A stretch of DNA of 64,000 nt from Eledone cirrhosa (Eukaryota), in NCBI GenBank assembly GCA_964016885.1, contig OZ024759.1, positions 30,318,001 through 30,382,000 of the forward strand, in the 5' to 3' direction. Position 1 is the first letter of the stretch; each line of letters opens with the position of its first letter. The notes under the pieces are model-generated. The model saw only the letters and a program-made list of their open reading frames with translations, ran no database searches and was not told where the DNA came from. Position numbers and translations under genes: made by a program. Below are positions 28,144 through 42,227 of the stretch, in pieces.

Positions 28144-28334
28144 ATTACGGTAAATATTGATGCAATTAAATTCAAGCACTCACCGTCATGTTGCTTCTTC
28201 CAACTGAGAATGACGGAGTATATATAGAATAATAAGGAAAATGTTAAAGGTCTCTTTAACATCTACAAATTTGTATTTTCCTTATTCTGTGTGCCTGCGT
28301 ATGTGTGTGTGCATGTGAGAGAGAAAGGGGGGGG

Positions 28335-28403
<69 letters not shown>

Positions 28404-28719
28404 CAAAATATATATTTTTTCTTTTAATAATTAAATTTACGTTAAAAAAAAACGTTGAGTGTGTTTTTCTGAAATATTTTAGATCTGAAATGTCACAGCG
28501 TTTCTCCCGAGGCCATGAATGTCTGGCAACCTGGTAAACAAGATGAACCGGTACTTAGCTCTTGGATATATAGTCTCTCTCTCTCTCTCTCGCTCTCTCT
28601 CTGTCTTCTCACTCTTTCTCTATCCCGTACGCATCCTTCTAACATACACTCACACTCTCACACTATCTCTCCCTCTCTCTTTCACTCTCACGCACACATC
28701 CCTCTAAAATACACTCACA

Positions 28720-28750
<31 letters not shown>

Positions 28751-28754
28751 GAAA

Positions 28755-29127
28755 GAACTTAGCATGCAAGTGGCTGAGCATTCTACAGAGACGTGTACTC
28801 TTAATATACCATATTTCCCGGCTTCGAAGACGCCACTTTTTCCCTAAAATAAGTCTCAAAAATCTACCATGCGTTCTGGAGGACGAAAGTTGTTTATTTA
28901 TTTTTTTCAAATTTTTGGTTGTCAAAATTAGGATGCGTCCTTGAGGACGAAGCGTCTTCAGCGCTGGGAAATACAGTAGTTAGTTCTCAAGGAAAGTCAA
29001 GGCGACAGGATGTGGGACAAGGCACAGCCCATTTTTGTAGCCAGCTGAGTGGACAAGAGCTTGACAACGTGAAATAAGAATATATTGCTCATGGTCACAG
29101 ACCACTCCCGGGAATCGAACTCACGAC
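28755..29127 (-). mobile_element. Second SINE family (S2) interrupted by a MITE
   Basis: gcaagtggctgagca..., ccagctgagtggac...aacgtgaaataa, B box gggaatcgaactc (reverse complement). Confidence 0.7.
28809..28976. mobile_element. Tc2/pogo-like MITE with TA target duplication
   Basis: TIRs ta|ccatatttcccggcttcgaagacgc and gcgtcttcagcgctgggaaatacag|ta. Confidence 0.75.
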
Positions 29128-29164
29128 GGTTATGCAATGTAATCTGGTAAATAGAAAAATAATA

Positions 29165-29281
29165 AGGGTTTCTGATTTAGGCCAACGATTTTGGGGAAGA
29201 GGAGAAAGTCGATTAAATCGACCCTATTGCATTACTGGTATTTTATTTTATCTGCTGCATTTTATCGACGCTCTACCGCCC

Positions 29282-29327
<46 letters not shown>

Positions 29328-29950
29328 TGTTTCTACTTTTGGCACAAGGCCAGCAATTACCCAGTGTATTACTGGTACTTTATTCTATCGACCCCGGAAG
29401 GATGAAAGGCAAAGTTAACCTCGGCGGGTTATAATAATAATAATAATTGTTTCTACTTTAGGCACAAGGCCAGCAATTACACCAGTGCATTACTGGTACT
29501 TTATTTTATTGACCCCGTAAGGATGAAAGGCAAAGTTAACCTCAGTAAAGTCAGAACGCAAAGGGCCGTAACTCTATGCGTCAAAGCATGGCGTCCGGTC
29601 CTCTACCGATACTGCCCCCTTTAGGAGATGCTTACAGCACCTAGGTTTCCCAAGCGGTCACCCATCTAAGTACTAACTAGGCTCGACGTGGCTTAACTTC
29701 GGTGATCGGACCAGAACCGGTGTTGTCAGCGTTAATAATAGTTTCTGATTTAGGCACAAGGCCAGCAATTTGGGGAGAGGGTAAAGTCGATTAAATCTAC
29801 CCCAGTACATTACTGGTACTTTATTTTATCGACCCCGTAAGGATGAAAAGCAAAGCTAACCTCGGCGGGATTTGAACTCAGAATGTAAAGGGCCGTATTT
29901 CTATGCTGCATAGTGTCTGACGCTCTACCGATTCTGCCAATCCTTGAGCA
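29165..29950 (-). mobile_element. SINE S1 array enclosing a 5S rRNA fragment
   Basis: About four partial/full SINE units separated by (taa)n tails. Confidence 0.85.
29629..29731 (-). pseudogene. 5S rRNA pseudogene, 5'-truncated (~103 nt)
   Basis: Minus: cgctgacaacaccggttctggtccgatcaccgaagttaagccacgtcgagcctagttagtacttagatgggtgaccgcttgggaaacctaggtgctgtaagca; matches invertebrate 5S from about nt 16 to the 3' end; no poly-T terminator. Confidence 0.9.
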
Positions 29951-30292
29951 TAATAATAAGAACAGGCACAACATATGACGTTTGAGGTTAGAAACGGGTT
30001 TCATCATAGGTTTGTTAGTTTTACTCGTTTACTGTACATCCTGGGGTTAAACAACATCAACCACACACAGACACAGACGCAGACACAGACGCAGGCACTC
30101 ACACAGATGTTGCTATGCTGATAAACAACGACTAGATTTTAACAAATTTATATATTAATAAAAAAAATTAAAAAATTAAATTGTTAATTTCATTATGACA
30201 AAATATTTATTTCTTAATCTCTCATGCATATTTTAATCACATGCACTTAGTAACTTCTGTTGGAAACAAAGAACCAGAAAAGTCAGTATTTG

Positions 30293-30449
30293 GTACTAGG
30301 AATGAAAGAAAAACATAAGCTGCAGTCAACGTAGTACAAATAAAAGTTTATAGAGAAACTTGCCTCAGATAACGACTACAATTGCTCAAAGATGGTTACG
30401 ATTTGTAGGCCTTTGTTTGATAAAGAAGTAAGTAAGAAGGTATACATAA

Positions 30450-30489
<40 letters not shown>

Positions 30490-30627
30490 TAACAAATTAA
30501 AGTTTAAGTAAAGAATCGCTGCTTTCAGCCTTAACGGGATCTTCTGCAACTAAAATAATCAATCTGTGAACGCAGAAGTAAACATTTTGAGCCCTATTTG
30601 GATTTTAGTCTTCATATTTATTTTTAT

Positions 30628-30668
<41 letters not shown>

Positions 30669-30824
30669 AACTTGTGTATACCTTCCTGCTTAATTCTTTA
30701 GCAACGCCCTACAAATCGTAACCATCTTTGAGCAATTGTAGTCGTTATCTTAGGCAAGTTTCTCTATAAACGTTTATTTGTACTACGTTGACTCCGGCTT
30801 ATGTTTTGCTTTCATTCCTAGTAC
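30293..30824. repeat. Inverted repeat, ~160 bp arms around a (TA)n-flanked spacer
   Basis: gtactaggaatgaaag...gtatacataagttt versus aaacttgtgtatac...ctttcattcctagtac. Confidence 0.9.
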
Positions 30825-30825
30825 G

Positions 30826-30892
<67 letters not shown>

Positions 30893-30942
30893 AAGGGATT
30901 ATGTGTGTGTGGCTGTATGCATGTGGTTGTATGCGCGCGTGT

Positions 30943-30993
<51 letters not shown>

Positions 30994-31440
30994 TGTGTGT
31001 ACAATTTGTAGATATAACTATTTAGATGGACAAAAGTTAAGTTAGAAGCCTGGTCTTTGGTACAGAGAAGCGAACTTGACATTATAACAACATGACTGGG
31101 GTAGGAAGAGATTGTGTGTGTGTGTGTGTGTTGCTGTGTGTATGTGTGTGGCTACGTGTGTCTGGATATGTATGTGTATGGCTCTGTGTGTGTAAATTAT
31201 AGAAATAACTATTTAGAGGGGTAAAAGTTAAGTTGGAGCCTAGGTGTTTGGTACAGAGAAGCGAACTTGACATTATAACAACACGGCTGTGAATAGAAGG
31301 GATTATGTGTCTGTAGTTCTGTGTGTGTGTATACGGGTGTGGCTCTTTGTGTGTGTGGATATGTGTGTGCATGGCTCTGTGTATGTGTGTCTGTGCGTGT
31401 GTAATCTGTAGATATAACTATTTATAGGGACAAAAGTTAA

Positions 31441-31858
31441 CCCTTTAGAATTCACATTACTCTATATATACGCTTATATTTTCATGGCAAAGGCTTTATC
31501 TTGCATAATTATCTCACATAATATCGAATCTACAAAATCTTGATATTATTTATTTTGAGAACCAGCGGTGAACTGGCAGTATCGGTAGAGGGTCAGACAT
31601 GCTTTCCAGCATAGTTACGTCCCTTTACGATCTGAGTTCCAATCCCGCCGGTTTAACTTTGCCGTTCATCCTTACGAGGTCGATAAAATAAAGCACCAGT
31701 ATAGAACTGGGTTATTGCTGGCCTTGTGCCAAAAGTAGAAACACTTATTTTTTTGAGAACAACATCTTAACATCAGCTTGAGTGAACAGTTACAGCCAGT
31801 TTCAACAGAAAAAGGTAGAGAATTCTGACCGGTTTTGGCAGGTTTGAACATTAAAAGG
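31441..31858. mobile_element. piggyBac-like MITE (TTAA flanks) with nested SINE S1 at ~31560-31742
   Basis: ttaa|ccctttagaattca ... tgaacattaaaagg|ttaa; related ends near 53680-53850 and 59210-59300. Confidence 0.55.
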
Positions 31859-32049
31859 TTAAGTCGGAACCCAGGTCTGTGGTAGAGGAAAGCCAACATT
31901 TCATTGTAGCAACATGACTGAGATAGGAAGACATTCTGTGTTTAAACTGTAAAACTAACTATTTACAGAGGTATATGTTATAACACAGGACATAGTGATT
32001 GAAGAGTGAACTTCATATTGTAGTAACAGATGATATATGAAAGGCATTT

Positions 32050-32056
32050 TGTGTGT

Positions 32057-32129
<73 letters not shown>

Positions 32130-32142
32130 CATATATACTTAT

Positions 32143-32201
<59 letters not shown>

Positions 32202-32237
32202 TATATATAAATATAAATATATATTTACCTATAAATA

Positions 32238-32309
<72 letters not shown>

Positions 32310-32531
32310 CATATACATATATATATACATATAAATATATATATACATATAAATATATATATATATATACATATAAATATATATATATATATATACACAT
32401 ACATATATATATATATATACACACACATATATATATATGTATGTATATATATATATGTATATATATGTATGTATGTATATATATGTATATATATATACGT
32501 ATATATATACATATATATATATACATATATA

Positions 32532-32563
<32 letters not shown>

Positions 32564-32880
32564 CCTATATATATACATATACATGTATATACACATATAT
32601 ATATATACATATACATATACACATATATATACACACATATATATACATATATATATACATATATATATACATATACATATACACATATATATATACACAT
32701 ATATATATACATATATATATACATATATAGATTCATATATAGATATATACATATATAGATACAAATATATATATAAATATATATATACATATATAGATAC
32801 ATATACATACATATATATATATATATATACATATATATATACATATATATATATATACATATATATATATACATATATAT

Positions 32881-32911
<31 letters not shown>

Positions 32912-32920
32912 CATATATAT

Positions 32921-32998
<78 letters not shown>

Positions 32999-33501
32999 AC
33001 AAATGTCATGACTCAATAGATCTCATTACTTACAAAAACCCATCAAACCCACCCACAAAGCTGTTACAGTTAACTCTGGAGACTCACACCTCAACACCAT
33101 CAAATCAGACTTTCCAGAAAGGAGAGTGTGTGTTGTGTGTTTATAGGGGAATTTCATTATGAAGACAACTCAGTGGAGATTTGACATTTTACTACAAGTT
33201 CCATTAGAGCTGTAGTATAATGGCTGTAGAGGCTGTAGGCAATTTACCCTAATTGCTATTAAATGAAGGGAGATTTGTTATTGATGGCCATTAGCATTGG
33301 CTAATCAACACGACAGTGTCGTTCTGGCTGGAAGCTATGTTTCTCTGTTAGAACGTAAAGAACGTAAGTATTAACGTAGATAGAAGCAGAAGTAGGGATT
33401 TTAACATTTAACCACCTAGAACAACATGGACACACGCATATACATGTGTGTGTGTTGTGTGTGTACATATTTATACATATCTATATATACATACATACAT
33501 A

Positions 33502-33536
<35 letters not shown>

Positions 33537-33538
33537 CT

Positions 33539-33569
<31 letters not shown>

Positions 33570-33630
33570 CATGTGTGTGTGTTGTGTGTGTACATATGTA
33601 TACATATCTATATATACATACATACATACG

Positions 33631-33685
<55 letters not shown>

Positions 33686-33687
33686 CT

Positions 33688-33721
<34 letters not shown>

Positions 33722-34130
33722 GTACATATATATATGTATATACATACATAAACATATACACATATATACAAGCATATATACATATCTATACACACACACA
33801 CACATATATATGTATATATGTATATATATATGTATGTACATACATACACATATATACATGCATATATGCATGCATACACACACACACACATATATATATA
33901 TATACATATCTACACACACACACATATACATACACATATATACATGCATATATACATATCTATACACACACACACACATATATATGTATATATGTATATA
34001 TATATGTATGTACATACATACACATATATACATGCATACACACACACATATATATATATATACACACACATAAATATATATAACACACTTATATACATAT
34101 ACATATGCTGATACATAAACTCTTATACAA
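32050..34130. repeat. Very long degenerate (TA)/(CA) microsatellite blocks (also 6700-6960, 8050-8930, 25150-26330, 37780-38530, 44380-45480, 52320-52930, 57740-57955)
   Basis: Direct inspection; source of the YI/HT/CV ORFs. Confidence 0.95.
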
Positions 34131-34311
34131 ATATACACATGACTATTTACATATGTATTTTATATATAATAACTGGAAGTATCGATACATAGACAGCCTT
34201 GTCATATTCAATGATTTCCTATAAAATATCTAAACCAGGTTTGATAATCTAAACATTTACATGTTTCCTATTGAAATAGATCTTTGTGAATGTGCAATAT
34301 TAGAGAAAAGA

Positions 34312-34490
34312 GCGGTGGATTGGTAGTATCGGTAGATGGTCGGACGCCATGCTTTGCAATAAAGAGTTACGGCCCTTTATCGTCTGAGTTCAAATCCCGC
34401 CGAAGTTAACTTTGCCTTTCATCCTTTCGGGGTCGATAAAATAAAGTACCAGTAATGCACTGGGATAATTGCCAAATGTAGAAACAATTA
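34312..34490 (+). mobile_element. Near full-length SINE S1
   Basis: Head, B box, core and tail present. Confidence 0.85.
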
Positions 34491-35191
34491 TTAATCTTGA
34501 ATGTTCCAACGAGTTTAGACAGGAAGAATACAAGGGCTTTTATTTCGGTTCCAAATTGATACCAAATTGAAAGCTTAAACAGAATTTATTATATCAAATA
34601 AACAAAAAAAATAAAATATAGACGTTTCAAAAAGTGGGTGTATGTCCCCTGGTACCCCCTTGAAACAAGGCCCTTGTGAGACAACAGATTTCTTCTAGTG
34701 AAGGTTATAAAATGAAAGAATGGAAGTGAAAAAGAGATATAAAGACAGAATTGACTCCAATACATGACTGGTACATTTTCCACCGATTTTGAATGGACGA
34801 AAGGCAACATTTTAATATGATATAACCAGAATGTTATTTTGTAGTTTTCAAGAACGTGTTGCTGATGTGAATTCATAGTTAAGCGAATTAATCAATTAAT
34901 TAGGAGCGTGAGAAGAAACTCTTACTGAGATCAACGACCTGACATGGGAATCTCACATCTGGTGAGATTTACATGTAGAAATATGACGGACTCTAAGCCT
35001 GAAAGGAAAACGGGACAAGGATTTTAATATCGATATCTTATATTGTGTCGGGAACACAGATTTATGATATACTAGAATGTTCTTCAACACGCTGATGCGT
35101 ATGTGTATGAGTATGTGTGCGTGTGTGTATGGTCATATGCATACATTTATATGTATGAGTGTATAAACACAAACGCACAAACACAGACACA

Positions 35192-35238
35192 CTTCCTGGT
35201 GATTTCTCACGAATGAAACAGTTCTAGTCCCGTAGAAG
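35192..35238 (+). ncRNA. Hammerhead-like motif, family C (core variant CTGGTGA)
   Basis: cttc CTGGTGA t ttc tcac gaa t GAA ACAG ttctagtc CCGT A gaag; partial inverted copy at ~35316-35361. Confidence 0.5.
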
Positions 35239-35405
35239 CTCTTCTATATTAATATATATATATAGAAAGTTATATTGGATTCTCCGTTTCTTATGTGATA
35301 TATATACATATATATTAAATATAGGAATGGCTTCTACAGGACTAGAACTGTTTAATTCGAAGGACATCACTCTGCAATGTATTGAGTTGAGTGCCCGGGA
35401 CACAA

Positions 35406-35437
<32 letters not shown>

Positions 35438-36253
35438 GAGTGTGTGCCTATTTCTTTTATTGCAGGAATTAATTCACTATAAATATATTTAGATAATTAA
35501 CACAGTGATTAGCAATTAGAAGATTTTTGCATTTTCATTTTTGATTATCGCAGCAGCTTAATTTTTGTTATTCCAGTAAAAAAAAAAAAAAAATTAGAAA
35601 TATAAATAAATAAATCATAGGAATTAAAACAAAGAAAGAAGAAAACGAAAGAAGATCTAAGTATGCTGATTATGGAAACTGAATCCAAATTTGATTTAGA
35701 ATATGTTCATTAAGGTAACAAGCTCTGCTAGAAGGCTTTCTCTACACTAAAATTGTAATTATCGTCAGGAAACATTATATTTAAATCTGTAAATGACTCT
35801 TGGGTTGGGAAACGATATTTAAATCTGAATAACGCTTATAGATTCTTAATGGCGGACATGGACAGAGAAAATTCGTTCCAAATGTTTGTAGGCGGCTATT
35901 TCGTTGTGAAGATGACATACACGCATCAGTCTTGGAACTGGAATAGCATATAAGCGGAGCGGAGCTATTTAACAGAGAACAATATCATATTGAGCAGGGA
36001 TGAGAAGTAAGAAAAAAACAAAGGACATGAAAAGAAGAAAAAGAGAAATAGCAGTGCCCCAACATGACCTCAGCCTGTCGACTGGAACACGTAAAAGATT
36101 AATAGAGTAATAGAGAAAAGGATCAAGCAACGAACAAAAGGTCAAATTGTCAAAGGCGAATTGTCGGACTCGATAGAATGTCGGATAGAATGCTTTGTGT
36201 TGTTCATTTCGGCTCTCTGCTCTCTCCCTCTCTCTCTCCGTCTCTCTCTCTCG

Positions 36254-36349
<96 letters not shown>

Positions 36350-36351
<2 letters not shown>

Positions 36352-36960
36352 TCATACACTGCCCGGGCGTCACTGACCTGTGGGGCTATGTAGAACGACT
36401 ATTGTCGCGGGTGGGACCAATCCAGTTGACCACCGAGTCCATTGTCATGATCAAACCGCCACCCTCCTTCAAAAACGAAGGAGAGGTGGTTTTCCTTTGT
36501 GTGATAGCTATGGCGAAAGAGGTTGTATGGTGGACAAGGTTGAAAGGGCTGAGGTCAGACACCTTTCTCTCCGGCCAACAACTGATTCTTTTTTTCAAAT
36601 ACCACTTTGGAAGAAGAATCAGGATGGAGAGAGAGGTGCTGTACCCCAGCAAGTTTTATGAAAGGTGGGTGAAAGTGGCGAGAATGGCCCGAGTGAATGG
36701 GCCTTCTCTCTATATCAGCCTGTAGGTTGAGGAAAAGGAGGAGGAGAGGAAAGGAGTACAAGCTCTTCGTACTCCTGGAGATGAGGGTTGCACATTTTTT
36801 TTCGGGGGTATGTGTTACCCATATAAACTGTCTCCCTCTATTGGGGAAAATCGACTAACTTTTAAATTCCATCTGTGATAACATTTTACACGTTTTTATT
36901 GTATGTAAACTTCCCCCTTTGTATTTGTCCCCTTCTTTTGTGCCCGTGGCTAATAAAGAA
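36350..36960 (+). mobile_element. L1/Tx1-like LINE 3' end (ORF2 C-terminus to 36725 plus 3' UTR)
   Basis: FIHCPGVTDLW...AMAKEVVWWTR...F.ERW pattern typical of the region after the CCHC finger; aataaa at ~36952. Confidence 0.7.
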
Positions 36961-37778
36961 ATATATCTATCTCCGAGATAAAATACCGCCGAAGTCAATT
37001 TCGCTTTTCATCTATTCGAGATTGATAAAAAAAAAACGTACCAGTCAACTACTGGGATCGATTCTTCCTCTATATCTCTTTCTCACTTCCTTTCTCGGAC
37101 TTTCTATCTGTCTCTGGAAGAAAACTGCTGTATTGAAACCTGGAGATGGGTTCTGCCAGGTATTAAAATTCCCAATAAACTCCGAATACGTCACTCAGCC
37201 CTCGAAATTCTGAGTTAAAATCCCAGCGAGGTCAACTTGTCTTTTATCCGTCCAAGAACGATAAAATAAAGTACCAGTAACACACAGGGGTCGATACAAT
37301 AAAAATTCCTCACATCCCTTAAAATGTATGCCCTTGTGCCAAAAGTAGAAACAATTCATCATAGCCACCCATGGCAACTACACCTTCCATCTTTATGGAT
37401 CTTGTCTCTATTTCATAAGCTATTTTATAGCATTTCCGTGCATGAGCTGACAATTATTTACTTTAATAATCTTTTTTTATATTTAGATATATATTTATTC
37501 CTCATATTTCGAAGGGTGTATCCCTTACAAATACCAAAACCAAAATATGGGAAAGAAAGTTAGAAGGTACGTTAGTGGTTTTATTGACTAAAATACGTTG
37601 ATTTGTGGTGGCTTTGTGTTGTTTGTCATCGTGTATAATAGAGTACATTTTATTGTTGGTTCGTGCAGTATAGATTATTGTTGGTTCTAGACAGGAAGGT
37701 GACATGATAGAAGAGCTTAAAAAACATTTAAGATACATTAAAAAATATATAGGAAAAATAAAATGAAAGAAATGATGC

Positions 37779-37823
<45 letters not shown>

Positions 37824-37896
37824 TTATATATATACATACATAGATAGATATAGATTATATATATAAAGATTATATATATATATATATGTTTATTTA

Positions 37897-37931
<35 letters not shown>

Positions 37932-37968
37932 GCATATATATATACATATGCATATATATATATATATA

Positions 37969-38027
<59 letters not shown>

Positions 38028-38044
38028 GCATATATATATACATA

Positions 38045-38099
<55 letters not shown>

Positions 38100-38258
38100 A
38101 TATATGTATACATGTATGTACATATGTATATATATGTATTTATGTATATGCATACATACATACATATATACATATATATGTATTTATGTATATGCATACA
38201 TACATACATATATACATACATATGTGCATATATATGCACATACATATATACCTATGTG

Positions 38259-38324
<66 letters not shown>

Positions 38325-38479
38325 CATATATATATATATACATGTACATAAATTCATGCATGTAATTATGTGTTTTGTATGTGTTTGTGTCTGTGGTGTA
38401 TATATGTTGGTGTGTGTGTGTGAGAGACTGTGTGTGTGTGTGTGTGTGACTGTGTGTGTGTGTGTGACTGTGTGTGTGA

Positions 38480-38530
<51 letters not shown>

Positions 38531-39393
38531 ATTATAACTGTATGTATATATTATTTGTGAGTGGCTGTACTTATATTCAGTGATACAGAATTTAAAGTAA
38601 TACAGCAACAATAGATGAGGGGAAAAACGATATTTTAAAGTGAGTAAAACAAAAGAAATGTAAGAACGAAAATGCCGCCTACAATAAAAAAGCTACAAAC
38701 GATATTTCTATAGTAGCCATCTTGATTTTAAAACTTGTTCTATAGTTGCTTTTTTCGTTTAGACTCCAGATCGTGTACCTCGTAATAAATCAACAGAATG
38801 TTAAGTCAAACAAGACTCTTGCTAGCTGCAATGTCTCTCCACAGAACACCATGTTTCTACGTAGCTATATATATATATATATATATATATTCCCCCCGGT
38901 TGAGCTAAATCCTTATAACCTGTCCACCTTGTGTGTATGATTATAATTGATTGGCAGCATGCTAACTAAAGACTACCTACCTATATCACTCAAGAACATC
39001 CCAACCCCATCTAGGACTACTTATGAGAAATTACTGACCAAAATTAGACTTATCGTCCCCTACTTTTGCTCTTTACTCTCTTTACTCTTTGTTCTTGAAT
39101 GTTTGGTTGGTAGAGTCCATAACACCAATCAAACCCCTTTTATAACTCTGACGACTCCTACGGTTACGTAAGGAAGAAACATTGTAAGCCAACAAAAATC
39201 TTTTGATGTTGTAGACGCTCTTGTGTTCTTTTTCATATATATATATATATATATATACACATGCATGTTTATATATACAAAGATAAATGTCCATGTATAT
39301 TTACACACCCACATATGTATATATATATATGTGTGTGTGTGTATGTGTGTCAATATACATGGACATTTATCTTTGTATATATAAACATGCATG

Positions 39394-39426
<33 letters not shown>

Positions 39427-39465
39427 ATATATATATATGTGTATATATATATATGTGTATATAAT

Positions 39466-39735
39466 ATAAGATCAAAAGATGGTTAAAGGAGTTCCATATA
39501 TTTTATTATGCGCATTTCAAAAACAAACATCATCATGCAATAATATTTGTGTTTTCATCAGATAAAATAGGAGAACATGATATGAAGGCTAAAAAACACT
39601 TGTGGATAGTGCAGTTTTAAATCAACATATCTTTTGATCTTATATTATGCATACTCCAGTCCCACAAATTGTAGAGTGCTTCTTATCCGATATCTGCATT
39701 GCTTTATTGTACTACAATAAAACTCACCTCCTACA
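39466..39735. mobile_element. TA-embedded fold-back element, family B, ~17 bp arms
   Basis: tataagatcaaaagat / atcttttgatcttata plus tail ...caataaaactcacctcc; homologous to the 45486 and 57953 copies. Confidence 0.85.
39499..39569 (-). ncRNA. Type I hammerhead ribozyme (family B)
   Basis: tattttat CTGATGA aaac..stem II..tttt GAA ATGCGCAT A ataaaata. Confidence 0.8.
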
Positions 39736-39894
39736 TATATGTGTATATATATATATATGAAAATCATAAACAAGATGACGACCGACCATCTAGTATCTTC
39801 TACCTTAGTCGGTCGCACTCAATAACTAACTCCGTACTCGCACCACCAACTACACAAACGAAGATGGAATGACCAATTCTATCCAGTGGTGAAC

Positions 39895-39968
<74 letters not shown>

Positions 39969-40127
39969 AGGACGTTATAGTTCACTTGAAGCATTGTGTA
40001 ATGAGGTATAAACGTTTGTATATGTATAATAAAGCTAAAACAATGTAGGTATTGACATAGAATAAAGAATGCAAATGCAAAAGATATTGTTGACAATTAG
40101 TCTTTTACCTTAGATTTATTTAGATGT

Positions 40128-40162
40128 CCTTAATTTTCGAGATAATATCTCTTCTTCGGAGG
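40128..40162 (-). ncRNA. Candidate minimal hammerhead (core CCGAAGA)
   Basis: cct CCGAAGA a gagat att atctc GAA AATT A agg. Confidence 0.35.
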
Positions 40163-40303
40163 GAAGTAAAGCGTCCAACAGATCGGTTATATATATATAT
40201 AAATCTATATACATAATCTATGTGTGTGGATATATATATATGTGTCTGTGTACATATAAAGTTGGCGGACTAAAGAAATTAACTATTCATTATATTAACT
40301 ATT

Positions 40304-40422
40304 GCTAAGTAGTGAGTCTTGTTACTCTGGAATTTCACCTGCTCCCTCTCATGACCATTAGGCAATAAAGTTTATGTGAGTGCGCAGGTGAAACTCTATA
40401 GTAACAAGACTCACTACTTAGC
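40304..40422. repeat. Fold-back with ~39 bp arms carrying a hammerhead-like 3' half
   Basis: gctaagtagtgagtcttgttact...tttcacctgc / gcaggtgaaac...agtaacaagactcactacttagc; arm consensus GAA ACTCTAGAGT A. Confidence 0.7.
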
Positions 40423-41124
40423 CATCATAAATGAATGTGTGTGTGTTTGCATAAAGTTTTCAAAAATATAGCAAACGACACAGTACAATGAAGAAATATA
40501 TTAGTTGAACAGTTGAAATAATAGGAAAACAGTGTTAACGTTTCGGACACTAGTCATTCACCAGAAGATAAAAAGACAAATAAAAAGACAAATAAAGGAT
40601 GAAATAGAAAGATAGAGTGAGAAGAGGAAGAAACGGAAAATAAATGAGAGAGAAACACACGAGAGTATTTATAGATGTGTGTATATATCTATCTATATAT
40701 ATATAAATAAAGTTAGTCCTTCATCAGTGATCTTCCAACCATCATTGGTATTTCATCGCTTTAAAGACCATATACCTCCGGCTGGTGCGAGCAACGGCTA
40801 AAAATAGTCGTTGGGACACGTAAATAAAGGGGACACGAGAGTGTAAACAAACAAAAATGGTGAAGCAACGAAAAGTGAGGAAAAAAGAATCAAGTCCCAA
40901 ATTTCCATGAATATAAGTTCGGTGAAATCGTGAACTAGAGAGTATATATATATATATTCACACTATTACTCAAAACAGTACTTGTTACTTGAGGTAGTAG
41001 AGTATGGCTATATTATAATGAGTCGGATCCCGACGGCTGAGCTCTTGCCGTTTCAACAAGAACTAACTTACCCTCTTTTACCTGTTCCAGCCATCCTGGG
41101 GCACCGCCTTTATATAAATATATA

Positions 41125-41325
41125 TATATATATGAAATTTAAAAGTTTATATACATATAAACTAGACAGAGCTATAGATACATATATATATATATATTAA
41201 TTAATTAAATAATTTAATTAATTCGTCATTGAGCCACACCGTGAATGGTTGCCAAAAACATATATATATGTATCTATAGCTCTGTCTAGTTTATATGTAT
41301 ATAAACTTTTAAATTTGATATACTC
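41125..41325. repeat. Inverted repeat, ~60 bp arms
   Basis: aaatttaaaagtttatatacatataaactagacagagctatagatacatatata and its reverse complement. Confidence 0.9.
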
Positions 41326-41504
41326 CCGTAAGGTTGAGTAATACTTTAGGCAGTATTCGGCTGCGCTTTCTAGCAACCAGCCTACTCGCCGACAGGCACC
41401 AATCACAAGCTTTCTGACTTGACCACTGGCCATGTGACAATTCTTAGCCATTTTGAATTCATTTCTGGTGGGGATCATTTAAGAAAAATCTTTGTCCAAT
41501 TGAG

Positions 41505-41593
41505 TTTATCTCCTGATGATTTCCAAACTCGTTGATTTATCCAAGATCGGATATATCCAAAAGGTGAATGAAGCCTCCGGTGGTAGAGATAGA
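41505..41593 (+). ncRNA. Type I hammerhead motif with long stem II (one core substitution)
   Basis: tttatctc CTGATGA t ttc..gatttatcc/ggatatatc..gaa t GAA GCCTCCGGTGGT A gagataga; 8 bp stem I. Confidence 0.6.
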
Positions 41594-42135
41594 TTTTGAT
41601 GATTTTGGTATGTTTATATACATATTTTCTTCTAACTTTGATTTTGTACCTAATTATGTATGGTTAACTATATATATAGTCAATTTCTACAGGCTATCAG
41701 AAATAATGGGTACATTTTCTGTGGCTGTGGGTCGCGGATGAAAAGCTATCATTTATTTATCTATTATTTCTTCATAAGTATATTTTAAACTTATAGCCTC
41801 GTTTAAATGATTTTTTTGTGTGGTTAATTATGCTGATTGGGAGAAGAAATACTGTATATATATTTTATCTAATGATTCTATGGACTTACTTATTTATATA
41901 TATATATAATATGGACGAGGTGTCAAAATTTCATTACATTTTGTGTGACTAGCGTTTTTTCGCAATTGATAAGCTCAATGTTAGATCTGTGTCGATCGGG
42001 CCCGACTTCGGAATCAAAAGTTCATCAGTCTTCTGTTGTCGTAATGACGAAATGATTCCCGTACACGCTAGTTAGTAGAACCCGAAATAAATAATGGAAA
42101 CTAGGCATCGAGTGTTCACTTGACATTGCAATCCA

Positions 42136-42227
<92 letters not shown>

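Noticed and set aside
31978-33016. Long YI/HT/CV ORFs here and throughout
   Set aside because: Microsatellite translations open in several frames on both strands
39775-39840. gatga-cgaccgac/gtcggtcg hairpin as hammerhead stem II
   Set aside because: Lacks CT of the core and the following GAAA
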